A DNA stretch of 63,318 nucleotides, filler included, from Reclinomonas americana ATCC 50394 (Eukaryota): NCBI GenBank assembly GCA_048213135.1. It is 8 parts of 4 records of this genome, joined end to end, with 100 filler letters (N's around TTAATTAATTAA, not from the genome) between each part and the next. Parts side by side here need not be neighbours in the genome. Positions count along the whole stretch, not along the records: positions 21,928 to 30,585 come from PS015332.1; positions 30,686 to 35,065 come from PS015332.1; positions 35,166 to 40,806 come from PS015333.1; 5 more parts are not named here. One strand, written 5' to 3'. Shown piece by piece: positions 24,151 to 36,973 of this stretch. Each line of letters starts with the position of its first letter. Within the stretch, counting starts at the first letter, position 1. Below the pieces are notes generated by a model. The model had not been told where the DNA came from. It did not search any database and saw nothing but the letters and a program-made list of their open reading frames with translations. A program made the position numbers and the translations under genes.

Positions 24151-24703
24151 CTCAAGCCGGACCCAGCGATGGCATGAATTCGGCCATGGCCTGAGCAATT
24201 CCAACACAGCGGTCCGCTTTGCAGTCGCGGAAGTCCGGCACGCGAGTGGCTCCAATAATTCGCTGAAGCAGCCAGTTGCAGCTGTTGTGTTTTGCGCACC
24301 CCAAATGATTAGATTAAATCGAAATGTTCTGCGAACGACCAAAAAAACGACGCGGCGTCTCACCTGCGCTGCAAGTGCTTGTTGGCGATGCTGCTTCCGT
24401 GGCGGCGATGACGCGGGGCGCGCGACGACGGCGAGTCCATCATGTCGAGGTCGGCCAGACTGTGGTGCTTCATCAGAGAGCTGTTGGAGCCCGAGCGTCC
24501 CATCGCGCTCCCACTGCCGCTGCCGCTGCCACTGCCACTGCCCTCGGCAGCGATGATGGCGGCCAGTGCCGGCAGCATTGCCGGCGGCAATGGCGGAATG
24601 TCGGCGCCGCGCAAGCCGGGACTGACGTTGAAGGGCTCGGGAGAGGGCGGAGCCTCGGCCGGTCGCAACTCCGGACTCTCGTCGCCAATCTCTGACATGT
24701 CGG
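24151..24703 (-). CDS. 3' part of an unknown Ser/Pro-rich protein
   Basis: Coding-like frame SDMSEIGDESPELR...HLQR|gtgaga...acag| followed by a short terminal exon; 5' part lies in the gap. Confidence 0.35.
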
Positions 24704-25552
24704 ANNNNNNNNNNNNNNNNNNNNNNNNNNNNNNNNNNNNNNNNNNNNNNNNNNNNNNNNNNNNNNNNNNNNNNNNNNNNNNNNNNNNNNNNNNNNNNNN
24801 NNNNNNNNNNNNNNNNNNNNNNNNNNNNNNNNNNNNNNNNNNNNNNNNNNNNNNNNNNNNNNNNNNNNNNNNNNNNNNNNNNNNNNNNNNNNNNNNNNNN
24901 NNNNNNNNNNNNNNNNNNNNNNNNNNNNNNNNNNNNNNNNNNNNNNNNNNNNNNNNNNNNNNNNNNNNNNNNNNNNNNNNNNNNNNNNNNNNNNNNNNNN
25001 NNNNNNNNNNNNNNNNNNNNNNNNNNNNNNNNNNNNNNNNNNNNNNNNNNNNNNNNNNNNNNNNNNNNNNNNNNNNNNNNNNNNNNNNNNNNNNNNNNNN
25101 NNNNNNNNNNNNNNNNNNNNNNNNNNNNNNNNNNNNNNNNNNNNNNNNNNNNNNNNNNNNNNNNNNNNNNNNNNNNNNNNNNNNNNNNNNNNNNNNNNNN
25201 NNNNNNNNNNNNNNNNNNNNNNNNNNNNNNNNNNNAAACTCAATAATCTCAGTCACAATTTCATGGTTTCAAGTTTGTTTTTATTGTCTGCCGGAGTGAG
25301 AGAGCAAAACACGCACACGCACACGCGCACTCTCTCGTTTCTCGCTTCAGCGCATGGGCTGTCGACAGAGTCGCGTGCACCCCAGTGCATATGGACGCAG
25401 TCGTGGTGGTGCGTGCGTGCGTGTGTGTGTGTGTGTTCGCGTGTGAGATTCACAAAGAGTGCCATATTTGTTGAACAGCTGCAGCGCGACGCCGTTTGCC
25501 TCGACCTGTGTTCCCCGCCACCACCACTGCCGCCAGTGTCGCCACCACAGAC

Positions 25553-27162
25553 ATGAATGACTCACGGTCGACCATGGCAACGACGCCTGGAGGAGGAGGA
25601 GGAGGGCGCATGGGCAGTGTGCTTATTCATGAACCGGTATTGACCTCCGGAGATGCAAACAGCCACGATGGAAAGCGAAGGCGACGGCGGCAGCAGCAGC
25701 AGCGTCGCCAGCGGCAACACAGACGTCGCTCTTCGTCGCCCGTGTCGACATCGTCGTCGAGACGGCGGTCTTCGTCCGCCGTCGATACAGAGCTCGATGT
25801 CGAGGAGGCAGACGAGGAGGAGGTGGCAGAGGAGGACGACGATGAGGATAACTTTGCGCCGCTGTCGCCACTGTCGTCGCCACCGTTTGTGGCCTCCTCT
25901 GCTGCTGCAGTAGCAGCAGCAGCAGCAGGGGGGGATCGTTCGTTTATGGTGGGCGCAGTGTTGTCGCCGCAAAACAGCGGCGGTGGCGATGTCGCCAAAT
26001 CGAGCGATGCGGCGGCGGCGGTGATGACAGCGAGTCAGCGGTATGAGTCGCCGCTGCTGATGGTGTCGGGGTCGGTGAATGGGCGGTACTTGCGGCATTC
26101 GTCGACTGCGCCTCACATTGGTGGCGTCCGACACGCCAGCCTCACAGTGGAGCCGACCTCGCCCACCTCACCAGGAGGCGGCCGGCCCATTGTCATTGGC
26201 GGTCACCTGCGAAGCAACACGCCGTCGTCGTCGTCCACGCGCGGCAGTGACGACCGTGAGAGCTCCAGTTCTGCCTCCAGCATTCTGCGATCATCCGCAA
26301 CACCGGCGCCGGTGTTGCGAAATGTGCGTGGTAGTGGCCGCCACCGTGCGCACTCGGCTGACGCCGGATGTACAAATCCAGCCGCCGCCACCGCCACCTC
26401 CACCGCTGCATCATTTGGAGACCCACTACCACTTCACACAGCGGCGGCGGCGGCAGCAGCAGCAGCCACAGCAGCAGCGATAGCGACGCGACCGGGCCGG
26501 AAACACCGTGCCAATTCGGTCAGTAGTTTCCGAAGATTTCTTTTTTTGGTGTGTCTGCGCGGAGTCATATGCTGAAAAAACTCGCCACTCGCCACACAGG
26601 ACGGTTCTCCCAAGCTGCCTGACCAGCCGCAGCGTGTGCGTGCGGTGGCGTTCACTGAGCGAGTGGAGGTGTTCGCGTTCCCACTAGATACCAAGAATGG
26701 AGGCACGATACCGACTTTGATGACCACAACGGCTAGTGTGGGGTCCAGCGGCATTCCCTCCGCAGCTGCGGCGGCCGCCAGTGCACCAGCAGCCGCACCG
26801 GCCATGGCACCTGCGCGGGACAGCTCACGATCGCCGCCACGGTCCAGAAACTCGCCAATATTAGCGAATCCAACAGGGCTGCCACCTGTCCGCACGCGAT
26901 CTCACCACAGCTCGTTCGACTCGAACTCGCCACCACAGGCGCGCTGGTCGCCCCGGCTGTCTGCCGTGGGCGGGAGCCCTCCTCCCCCATCGTCACCGCC
27001 GCTGCTGGTGAGCAACAGACGTCAATTTGGACAGCTGCTGTGGTCAGACGACATGTTTATGGTGCGTGTATCCATGCCTCACTGTGCGCCCTCCTTCCTT
27101 CACTGGCTGACCAGCTCTGTGTCGATCTGCAGTCGGCCGAGACCATGATGGCAGATTCGTGA
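25553..27162 (+). CDS. Low-complexity Ser/Ala/Pro-rich, probably disordered protein
   Basis: Long ORFs 25496..26575 and 26636..27148 separated by an intron-like segment; terminal exon SAETMMADS*; no folded domain recognised. Confidence 0.55.
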
Positions 27163-27659
27163 TGTCGATCGTGTGTGTTCAGTATTCACAAGATTCCTTG
27201 TATTTCATACTTGTCGTGGGGAGGATTCCTGTTGTCTTGTTGTTGTAAAACAGATGATCGTTTTGTTTTCACAATCGACTTTCATTCTGTCGCAGTCAGC
27301 ATGTTTTCGATATTTTGGAGTCCTCTCCCGTCGACGTCGTCGCACGCCGCTGCAGCGCTGCTGGTGAGCAACAGGCGTCAATTTTTGGTAGTTGCTGTGG
27401 TCAGACGACATCTGTGCTTCGCCCCTTGCCCTTCGTCCTCCACTGGCTGACAGCTCTGTGTCGACGCACAGTCGGCAGAGACCACGATGATTCGTGACGA
27501 TCTGTGTTCAGTATTCGCAAAGAATCTTGTATTTCTCTACTCGTCGTGGGAGGATTCCTGCAACGCTTTGTGTTGTTGTTGTAAAACAGATACGCGTTTC
27601 TTTTGTTTTCACAAGAATCCACTTTCATTTTCTGTCGCAGTCAGCATGTTTTCGATATT
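27001..27659 (+). repeat. Imperfect tandem duplication of about 310 bp (27001-27314 / 27357-27659)
   Basis: Both copies begin gctgctggtgagcaacag..cgtcaattt and end ctgtcgcagtcagcatgttttcgatatt, with colinear internal blocks. Confidence 0.9.
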
Positions 27660-27684
27660 ACCTCGGCGATTGAGTGGCTCTCGC

Positions 27685-29942
27685 TCATGGTGGTGGTGGT
27701 ACAGCAGGCGTGTGGACGCGCACGTGCTTCGGCTCGGAGGCTGTGGTTTCGCGCTCCTCCACCGTCGGCGTCTCGCCCGACAGCGCAGGTGTGATCACGT
27801 CGAGCTCCAGCTGATGCCCATTGACAAAGCGCACAGACACGGGTGGCGCGCCCGGAGCCAATCTCCCTGCTTCGCGACTCTGCTCATGTTTAGTACGACA
27901 ACAACAACAACGGCGGCGTGTGGAACGACGAAACTGGTTTCTCCAGCAGGCTAAATTCGTCGGCGCCCAGCGCTCGACCGTGCACGGCAAACGCATACGA
28001 TTCGCGCATGTTTTCCGTCGTATTCACCACATCTTGCACGTCGACATAGTGCAACCTGTGACATGTGCACGCGCGTATCATGAGCAAAAAGGATAAAGGA
28101 ACACCTCACGCGCATGCCACATGCACGCAACTTTTCCGTAATCATTCTTCTCTGCAGCGTCGCCAGCTGCTCTCTCGTCTGCTCAATCTGCCAGTCGACC
28201 TTGGCCTCCTCGGCCGCCAACGCCGCGATCTCGTGCTCCAGTGACAGCTTCTGCTGCTCGGCGTCGTTGGGTGCGTCGGGATCGAGTACTGGTCTGAAGT
28301 TGAGCTTGAACGTGTTCTTTTGCTCCTTCTGGCCCAGATCCAGACTGGTGATGACCGAGCACACATCGTATAGCCTCCTCTTCTTCACATTCAATTGCTC
28401 CGATGCTGTGTTCACACACATACACACGTGAGGAGCAAGAAAAGAGAACACACCACGATGAGGCGCCCACGCACCCCAGTTCAGATCCACGGTGCAGTCG
28501 ACCGACTGCGCAATCAGCTGCATAAACTTGGCCGTGGTCACACTCAACGAGTGCATGTTTCGATTGTACTTTTCGCCCATGGCCTGCTTCATGTTGCCCA
28601 TGTCATCGTCTCCGTCGTCGCTCATCGAGAACGTGCGTTTGACGCCGGCATTGCCACTGCTTCCAACGCCGCCTCCCGCCCCTGCCGCCGCCGCCGCCGC
28701 CGCCGCCGCTGCAGCAGCAGCAGCCNNNNNNNNNNNNNNNNNNNNNNNNNNNNNNNNNNNNNNNNNNNNNNNNNNNNNNNNNNNNNNNNNNNNNNNNNNN
28801 NNNNNNNNNNNNNNNNNNNNNNNNNNNNNNNNNNNNNNNNNNNNNNNNNNNNNNNNNNNNNNNNNNNNNNNNNNNNNNNNNNNNNNNNNNNNNNNNNNNN
28901 NNNNNNNNNNNNNNNNNNNNNNNNNNNNNNNNNNNNNNNNNNNNNNNNNNNNNNNNNNNNNNNNNNNNNNNCCTCCGCCTCCGCCTCCTCCACCTCCACC
29001 TCCACCATCTGTCGCATCAATGATTCTTGACAGTGGCAGTGGTAATAGCGCCACTTCCACCATCTCTGTGCCTATGATGCCACCACCGCCACCACCGCCA
29101 CCACCGCCACCACCGCCACCAGGGTCACTGGCCGGTCTGCCGTACCCCTTGCCACCAGGGTTGCCAATGGATTTCGCCGAGCGCTTTGCACGGGCGAATT
29201 CTCTGCCGACTGGAGTGGCGCTCTTGTCGGCGGGGCGGTCGATGCCGACGACGCCGACGTCGCCGGCCTCGTTGGCGGCGGCAGCGGCTTTTATGGTGGC
29301 GAGTAGTGGAGCATCGGCTGCTGCNNNNNNNNNNNNNNNNNNNNNNNNNNNNNNNNNNNNNNNNNNNNNNNNNNNNNNNNNNNNNNNNNNNNNNNNNNNN
29401 NNNNNNNNNNNNNNNNNNNNNNNNNNNNNNNNNNNNNNNNNNNNNNNNNNNNNNNNNNNNNNNNNNNNNNNNNNNNNNNNNNNNNNNNNNNNNNNNNNNN
29501 NNNNNNNNNNNNNNNNNNNNNNNNNNNNNNNNNNNNNNNNNNNNNNNNNNNNNNNNNNNNNNNNNNNNNNNNNNNNNNNNNNNNNNNNNNNNNNNNNNNN
29601 NNNNNNNNNNNNNNNNNNNNNNNNNNNNNNNNNNNNNNNNNNNNNNNNNNNNNNNNNNNNNNNNNNNNNNNNNNNNNNNNNNNNNNNNNNNNNNNNNNNN
29701 NNNNNNNNNNNNNNNNNNNNNNNNNNNNNNNNNNNNNNNNNNNNNNNNNNNNNNNNNNNNNNNNNNNNNNNNNNNNNNNNNNNNNNNNNNNNNNNNNNNN
29801 NNNNNNNNNNNNNNNNNNNNNNNNNNNNNNNNNNNNNNNNNNNNNNNNNNNNNNNNNNNNNNNNNNNNNNNNNNNNNNNNNNNNNNNNNNNNNNNNNNNN
29901 CGGAGGTGGTGGCGGTGGTCCATCGGCATCATCTGTCGACAA
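27685..29942 (-). CDS. E2F: E2F-family transcription factor (gapped)
   Basis: HSLSVTTAKFMQLI...TVDLNW|ASEQLNVKKRRLYDVCSVITSLDLGQKEQKNTFK, then a coiled coil (LEHEIAALAAEEAKVDWQI) and marked-box-like LHYVDVQDV; Gly/Ala-rich N-terminus; start uncertain. Confidence 0.8.
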
Positions 29943-30945
29943 TGACTTGGAATCGCTGCTGCTGGCATTTCACATGTATAGAGAAAGAGAGAGGGGTGTG
30001 GGGTGGGAGGAGAGAGAAGAAGCAGTGTCAGCAACAATGGTGCGCGGGAGAGCGGGAGAGCAAGAGCGGGAAAGCGAGCGACAACGCGCGGGAAACACGA
30101 AAAAACCAAAAAGCAAGCAAACAAACAACGCCGCGCGCCCGCGACACGACCAAGCAAAACAACAGCGCACTCCCGCCAACGAGACAACAGAGAGGAAGAA
30201 GAAGAAAGAAGACGCAACGCGACATGGTGACCATCTTCAGAGGCCTCCATCTTGTGTGCTTCTTCGTCGAGCGCTGGCTACTCCCACACGTGCGCGCGCG
30301 CTCACTCTCTCAGGCACACACACACACACAGAGACACGCAGTCACCGCGCAGAACGCTCGATGTCGACCTAGCTGATGAACGAACCGACTGGGCTGTGAA
30401 ACTTATCTTATCCGCGCGAGTGTGTTTGTGTGTGCACGACATCATGTCGTTATGCTCACAATCTGTGGGCGAGGTGAGCAAAGAGAGAGAGAGCGCGCGC
30501 GCGCGTGTGTGTGTTTTATTTAGCAAGTTAGACGCCTCTTTTTTTCTCACACACGCACACACTCTTCTCTGTTTCTCACAGTGCTNNNNNNNNNNNNNNN
30601 NNNNNNNNNNNNNNNNNNNNNNNNNNNNNTTAATTAATTAANNNNNNNNNNNNNNNNNNNNNNNNNNNNNNNNNNNNNNNNNNNNGCGCAGTGGTGGAAC
30701 TGGGTCTTGCAGTCGGCCGACACGGCGTGGTTCCTCGAAATGATCATCTTGTTGCATCAGTGGAAGCGAGGCAGCTCGCAGACGTCGTTCAGGCTGACTC
30801 TATGGAAGAAGGGAGCCACACGCGCCCTCTCCGCCAAGGAGGTCACCGACGACATGGACGACACGGCAAGCTCACGTGACGACTTGACGTGACACAGTAA
30901 TGAACGGGTTGTTTAATCATGGTACGGCTCGTCTCGTTTTCGATC

Positions 30946-32939
30946 TCACGACGCATAGGCCCGCGGTCTCAAATTCCTGCCGGCCAAGGCAATACGCACA
31001 CGTCTATCCATCACGACCGCTGCCGCCTTGTACACTGCGCGCAAGTCTGTTTCGGAATCTGGCGGCATCTCCAGCTCCATGGTCGCGGCCAGCCCGCCAT
31101 TGGTGAACACAAATGCTGCGTCGGCAGTCAGAAACACACGCGGCGGCCGTTCAGTTATGCCAAGTGCACACAGCGCAACTGCTGAACGACCACGGGTCAG
31201 CAGGATCGTGAGTCGAAACGGAGGCGTTGTTGAACGTGTAGTACAGATCGCGAATGACGTGCGGCTGCTGGTCAAAATGGCCGTGCTCTGTGTGTGTCAT
31301 GCGGTGAGTGGCGAATGATCGACGGCCACCAGCAGGAGCAACAGTGACACGCAACTGGCCAGGATATAGAGCACCATGATGGAGGCCACGGACTTCATGT
31401 CCTCAGCAATACGCACCATTACCGTACCGTCACCAGACTGGTCGAGCACTTGCTGACGTGCTTCCTGCCGGTCGGGGACCACTGTATACACAATATCGAA
31501 TGAGACAAAATGGTACTGTTGCGTGGAACACAGCAGCGCGCTGCGCACGTAACTTAGATGCCACGTCAAAAGCAGCGCATTCTCGCGCACTTCTTTGTCG
31601 CCATGATACTGCGCCACAATCATTGCAGTCCTCGGGAGGTCGACTGCCTCCATGGTGGTGCGGATTTGAGCGAAGCACGAGATGTCGAGGTTGACCTCGG
31701 CCAGGGACGTCAGTACGTTCAACACGACGTTGGTCAAGCCGCGGCGGTCGGGATCGACCGGCTTCGGCTGGTCAACGTTTGTCGTCAGCAATCGCAGTGT
31801 GCTGCGCAGGCGCTCAATGACATCGGCTCGCTCTCCGATTCTCTCGAACATGGCGTCGATGTGCACTGGTTTTGCGCAACTCAAGTCAGCAACTGACGAA
31901 AGAACGACAGATCGAGAGCCCACAGCTGAGTGGTGAGACAACTCACGTAGTTGCAACGTCATCTCCAACGTGTGGCAGAGCTCGCGCACGGAGCAGCGTG
32001 GGAGCTCGCCAGGTACAGCCGTGGTACGAAGAATGGCATTCATGAGGCAATCCACAAACTCGGGCCGTGCGATGACCTCCATGGCCTTGTTGGCGGCCTC
32101 CTGGTCGAAAACACCGTGCTCGTCGCAAAGCCCGTCTCCTGCACAACAAGAGCATGAATCAGCAAGCAAAGCATCGCGATCGCAGCAGGCCGGACTATAT
32201 GTGTTACTCAACGTGCGAGCGAGAGGAAAGGCCAACTGTAGATGACAAAGCGGATGGGCCACAGCGACGAGCTGTCCACCACGATGGCCAGCAGCCGGTC
32301 CCACACGCCCAGTCGCTGCAGCATGCCCTTGCCAGGCACACTGGAGGCTGTCATGGCAAATCCCCCCGTCAGTTGTCAACTGATGCCACTGCGCGCCTGG
32401 CCACAATCGGCATCGACGATCACGCACCGATCAGGCCCAGCACATGGCCGCACCATATACAACGTGTGTGCATCTCCTCGTGATTCCTCTTCATCGTCAC
32501 GCCGTAGAAGTACTGCCGCGATCTTTCCATCCGCTCCTCCTCCGGGGTTCTCGCCGGCGGCTCCAGCTCCTCATGCGTATACCACCACACCATCTCACGA
32601 TGCGACACCTCCAGCAGTCGCACGAAGCACAGCGCCAGTCGCTCTCCGGCCAACTCCTCCGCCGCCGAGTAGTCGCGCGAAGCTACAATAGAGAATCTGG
32701 TCAACAACAAACAAACACAACACTTAAAGACAGGCGATCGACTCACCTTTGTAGTGCAGCACGCGGTCGAGAACGGGTTGCAACTCATCGGGGGCACTTT
32801 CCGCGTGCGGCCACGCCACCAGCCTCTCATGCTGTGCCGCAGAATCATCCGCGATCGACACTTGATCGTGCAAGGCCAGCAGCTCCTCCACCTTGCAGCA
32901 TACGCTGTCCACCAAACTGCGACACTCCTCCGCGTTCAT
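30946..32939 (-). CDS. Uncharacterised alpha-helical (ARM/HEAT-like) protein, multi-exon
   Basis: Continuous coding-like, Leu-rich frames linked by GT-AG introns (e.g. NVVLNVLTSLAE, VRENALLLTWHLS); 3' end uncertain. Confidence 0.45.
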
Positions 32940-33010
32940 GAGGGGCGAATAGTGTACAAACAGAAACGCGACAAGATCCGACAAGATTGATTGATTGTCG
33001 CGTTCATCAG

Positions 33011-33175
33011 ATGATGTGGCGAGCTGCGATCATGCACGGCGGTCGTGCCCTCTTCTCACACGACGCCGCCGCCGCCGCCGCCGCCAAGTCTCGACTGCGC
33101 TCCTCTGCCGGCACCAATGCAGCGACTGCGACGCTGGTGAACGACGCCCAATGCATTCACACACAAAGAGTGCGC

Positions 33176-33223
<48 letters not shown>

Positions 33224-35065
33224 CACAGAGACCTGCATCGATGGTGTCGAGTGGTGGCCCTGTGGCAGAGTACACGGCGCGAGTGGCACGCGGCGAGCTG
33301 GCTGCAGATCCGCACCAGGAGGAGCCCGTGCGACGACTGCTGCAGCCGCTGTACGATGAACTGAGAGCGCACGCACATGGTGAGCACACAATGCACCTGC
33401 TCTCAGACACACGCACGCGCTCATTGTGTGCGCGTTAGACGAGGTGCCGCCGACCAAGGCGCTGTCAGCTGCGTCGGCTGCGCGGCGCAGTGCGTCGCTG
33501 TTTGGTGTGACGGCCGATGATGAGGGGTCGCGCAAGGCGCGGAGGCGAGGAGGTGGCTGGCGATCGTGGTTCGTTGGTGGCGGAGGCGACGGCACCATGC
33601 ATGCGAGCAACGAGGCGGCGATTGCGGAGAGTCATCCGCCACAGGTGGGTGACCATCATCATCACAACGCCTGTTTCGAATGTGTGTTGTTGTTGATGCA
33701 CCCTGGATGCAGACGGAGCCAGCGATCACGGGCGTGTATCTGTATGGCAGCGTGGGATGTGGCAAGTCGATGCTGATGGACATGTTTTATAGTGTTGCGT
33801 GGCGCGGCATGTGGCTTTCGGTCGTCCGTTTTCTCATTGTCGTGCGCAGTGCGCGGAGGTGACAAAGAAGCGCCGAGTGCATTTCAACGAGGTGTGTGGC
33901 GCGTCGATTGCGCGTGTTTTATTTGGTAGTAAGCTCATGATGTGCATGCATGCAGTTCATGCTCGAGGTGCACTCGCGCATCAACAAGTGGAAGAAGAAC
34001 AATCGCGGTGACCCGATCCCATCGATTGCGCGCGACATCCTGTCCGAGTCGTGGCTGCTGTGTTTCGACGAGATGCAGGGTATGTTGGTTCACCCTCCTG
34101 TCATTTTGCATGCAGGCTCACCTGCTGCTGTTCCTGTTGCTGCTGCTTGCAGTGTACGACATTGCGAATGCCATGATTATCCGCCGGCTCTTTGAGCACC
34201 TGTGGGCCGGCGGCCTGGTGATGGTGGCGACCTCGAACCGGCACCCCGACGATCTGTACAAGGACGGACTGCAGCGTGCGCTCTTTCTGCCATTCATCGG
34301 GCAGCTGAAGCACTACTGTCACGTGCACCGCATCGCCTCCAACATTGACTACCGCAAGCTCGGCAACATTTTCAGCAGCCAGTCCGAGTTTCGCGTCTTT
34401 AACCACCCGCTCGACGCCGCCACCCGCGATCGCGTCGAACGCATGTTCGCCTACATGTGCAGTTGCGTCTGTATTCACGAGATCTGTCGGCGTTGTGTGC
34501 CCTCTCACATTGCGTGTGTGCGCACAGGCGGAGAAGTAGTGCACAACCAGGAGATTCAAGTGATGATGAACAGAAAGTTGACGGTTCCCCGCAGCTGCGG
34601 CAAGGTCGCCATGTTTACTTTCAACGATCTCTGCGCCAAGCCGCTGGGCGCGGCCGACTACATTGTTGCGTCGCACTCCGCGACACATTGTTCTCTCTTT
34701 TTCGCTCTTCACATGTGGCGTGGCGGCGCAGGCCGTTTGCGAGACTTTTGATATTCTGTTCGTCACCGACATTCCACGATTGTCGTACTCGGAGCGCAAC
34801 GAAGCGCGCCGTTTCATCACTCTGGTGGACGAGCTGTACGAGGCCAAGGTGCGATTGCACCTGCTCCATTGAGTGTGCGTGCAAAATGTGTTGACAAGTG
34901 TGCGTGCAGACTGTGCTCATCACCAGTGCCGAGGCGGAGCCACACCGGCTCTTCCTCACAGCCGACGAATTTGGTCGGCTGCAGAGTGAGAATGCAGCGG
35001 TGCGCGCGCTTTCGCCTCGCTTTTTGTCTTTCACCGAGATGCCATGCTGATCGTTCCCCTGCTGC
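33011..35065 (+). CDS. AFG1: AFG1/LACE1 (ZapE-family) ATPase, 3' truncated
   Basis: GELAADPHQ, Walker A GVYLYGSVGCGKSMLMDMFY, RRVHFNE|FM, Walker B LLCFDEMQ|V, ATSNRHPDDLYKDGLQR, LGAADYI and EARRFITLVDELYE. Confidence 0.95.
33180..33220. repeat. (GT)n microsatellite in an intron; CA/GT and GA/CT tracts are abundant in introns throughout (e.g. 8727-8758, 63260-63318)
   Basis: Direct inspection. Confidence 0.9.
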
Positions 35066-36973
35066 NNNNNNNNNNNNNNNNNNNNNNNNNNNNNNNNNNN
35101 NNNNNNNNNTTAATTAATTAANNNNNNNNNNNNNNNNNNNNNNNNNNNNNNNNNNNNNNNNNNNNGGATGGGCGGACGGAGAGAGCTCCCAAGGGGGCGA
35201 GACTTGCACACGAGGTTGTGAGTCCCACTGACTTGCAACCTTTTATCTCTCCCTCTCTTCCGGCCCTGCTCGTGGCGCTCGCCGTGCTGTTACCTCATTC
35301 TCCTCCTCCTCCCCTTCTCCCTCTTGCTCCTGCTCCTCCTGCAAGTGTGCCGACAGTCAGCAGTCGTCGAGTGCAGTGCGATGTACGAGTGTGTTGTGTT
35401 GTGTTTGCGTGTTACTTGGGTGCGGTTTCCTGTACAGTTTTCTCAGTGTTGTGTTTGCTGTAAAGAAGAAAAAGAAATACCTAGAAAAATAGTTAAAGAA
35501 AAAACCTAGAATTGCAAGACTGTGTTGAGTGCAACTGCACACGCCGTTGCCACGCCTTTCTACATGTGCGTGTGCACTGTGTGTGTGTGTTGTGCTTTCT
35601 TTTTTTCACTCTTGTGTGTGCGTGTTAATGGAGGGTTGTGAGGAGTTGTTTGCTCAGTTTTTTTTAGAGACGTGGTGCGAATGAAATGGCAGCCGTCGAC
35701 AACTGTGGGGTGGAGTGGGGTGGGGTTGGGTTGGGGAGAGTGGTTGGCGAGTGTCTTCTCTCTGACGCNNNNNNNNNNNNNNNNNNNNNNNNNNNNNNNN
35801 NNNNNNNNNNNNNNNNNNNNNNNNNNNNNNNNNNNNNNNNNNNNNNNNNNNNNNNNNNNNNNNNNNNNNNNNNNNNNNNNNNNNNNNNNNNNNNNNNNNN
35901 NNNNNNNNNNNNNNNNNNNNNNNNNNNNNNNNNNNNNNNNNNNNNNNNNNNNNNNNNNNNNNNNNNNNNNNNNNNNNNNNNNNNNNNNNNNNNNNNNNNN
36001 NNNNNNNNNNNNNNNNNNNNNNNNNNNNNNNNNNNNNNNNNNNNNNNNNNNNNNNNNNNNNNNNNNNNNNNNNNNNNNNNNNNNNNNNNNNNNNNNNNNN
36101 NNNNNNNNNNNNNNNNNNNNNNNNNNNNNNNNNNNNNNNNNNNNNNNNNNNNNNNNNNNNNNNNNNNNNNNNNNNNNNNNNNNNNNNNNNNNNNNNNNNN
36201 NNNNNNNNNNNNNNNNNNNNNNNNNNNNNNNNNNNNNNNNNNNNNNNNNNNNNNNNNNNNNNNNNNNNNNNNNNNNNNNNNNNNNNNNNNNNNNNNNNNN
36301 NNNNNNNNNNNNNNNNNNNNNNNNNNNNNATCTTCGCTGTTCGTGTGTGTGTGTGTGTTTGTGGTGTGCGTTTGTTTGTAGATCTCCGTGTTCAGGTGCC
36401 CTGCCTTGTTGATGTATGCTTGCTTTCGCACTTCACCACCCCCCGTGTGTGTGTGTGCGTGTATCCGTGATGGTGGGTTGCTCGTTTGCGTTGACACTGT
36501 TCCAGTTTGCTGTTTGCATCCGTGTGCGTGTGTGCATGTGCTTCACTCGTGTGTGCATTCGATGGAGTCAGGGGTGTCTGCGAGGTAAGCTTTGTGGAAG
36601 AGGGAACAGGGAAATTCTGCAGCTGCGGGAGGCAAGCGACTGGAGCGGGAAAAGTAGTTCCTCATGGTCAATTAATAAACGTTTGCGCACGCCGCTGTGT
36701 GAGTACAGTGGCCGTTCTCGTTACCTTCATGTCAGGCTGCTAAATGAAACCAAAAGCATCGACGATGACGCATCACCAAATTAGGGCATCGGCCATTCGT
36801 TGTCCGGTTGCTTGACTTGCAACGCAAGCACCACAAAGCACAGCGAGCGTTGCAGCAGGAGACGAGCAAGGTGCGCATGCGCGGCACATCTCTCCTTCTG
36901 CGCGTCCTCCTCCCACCGCACATCAATACTTGTCGTTATTCGCGCGCACGCAGAGAGTACATCAAACACACGC

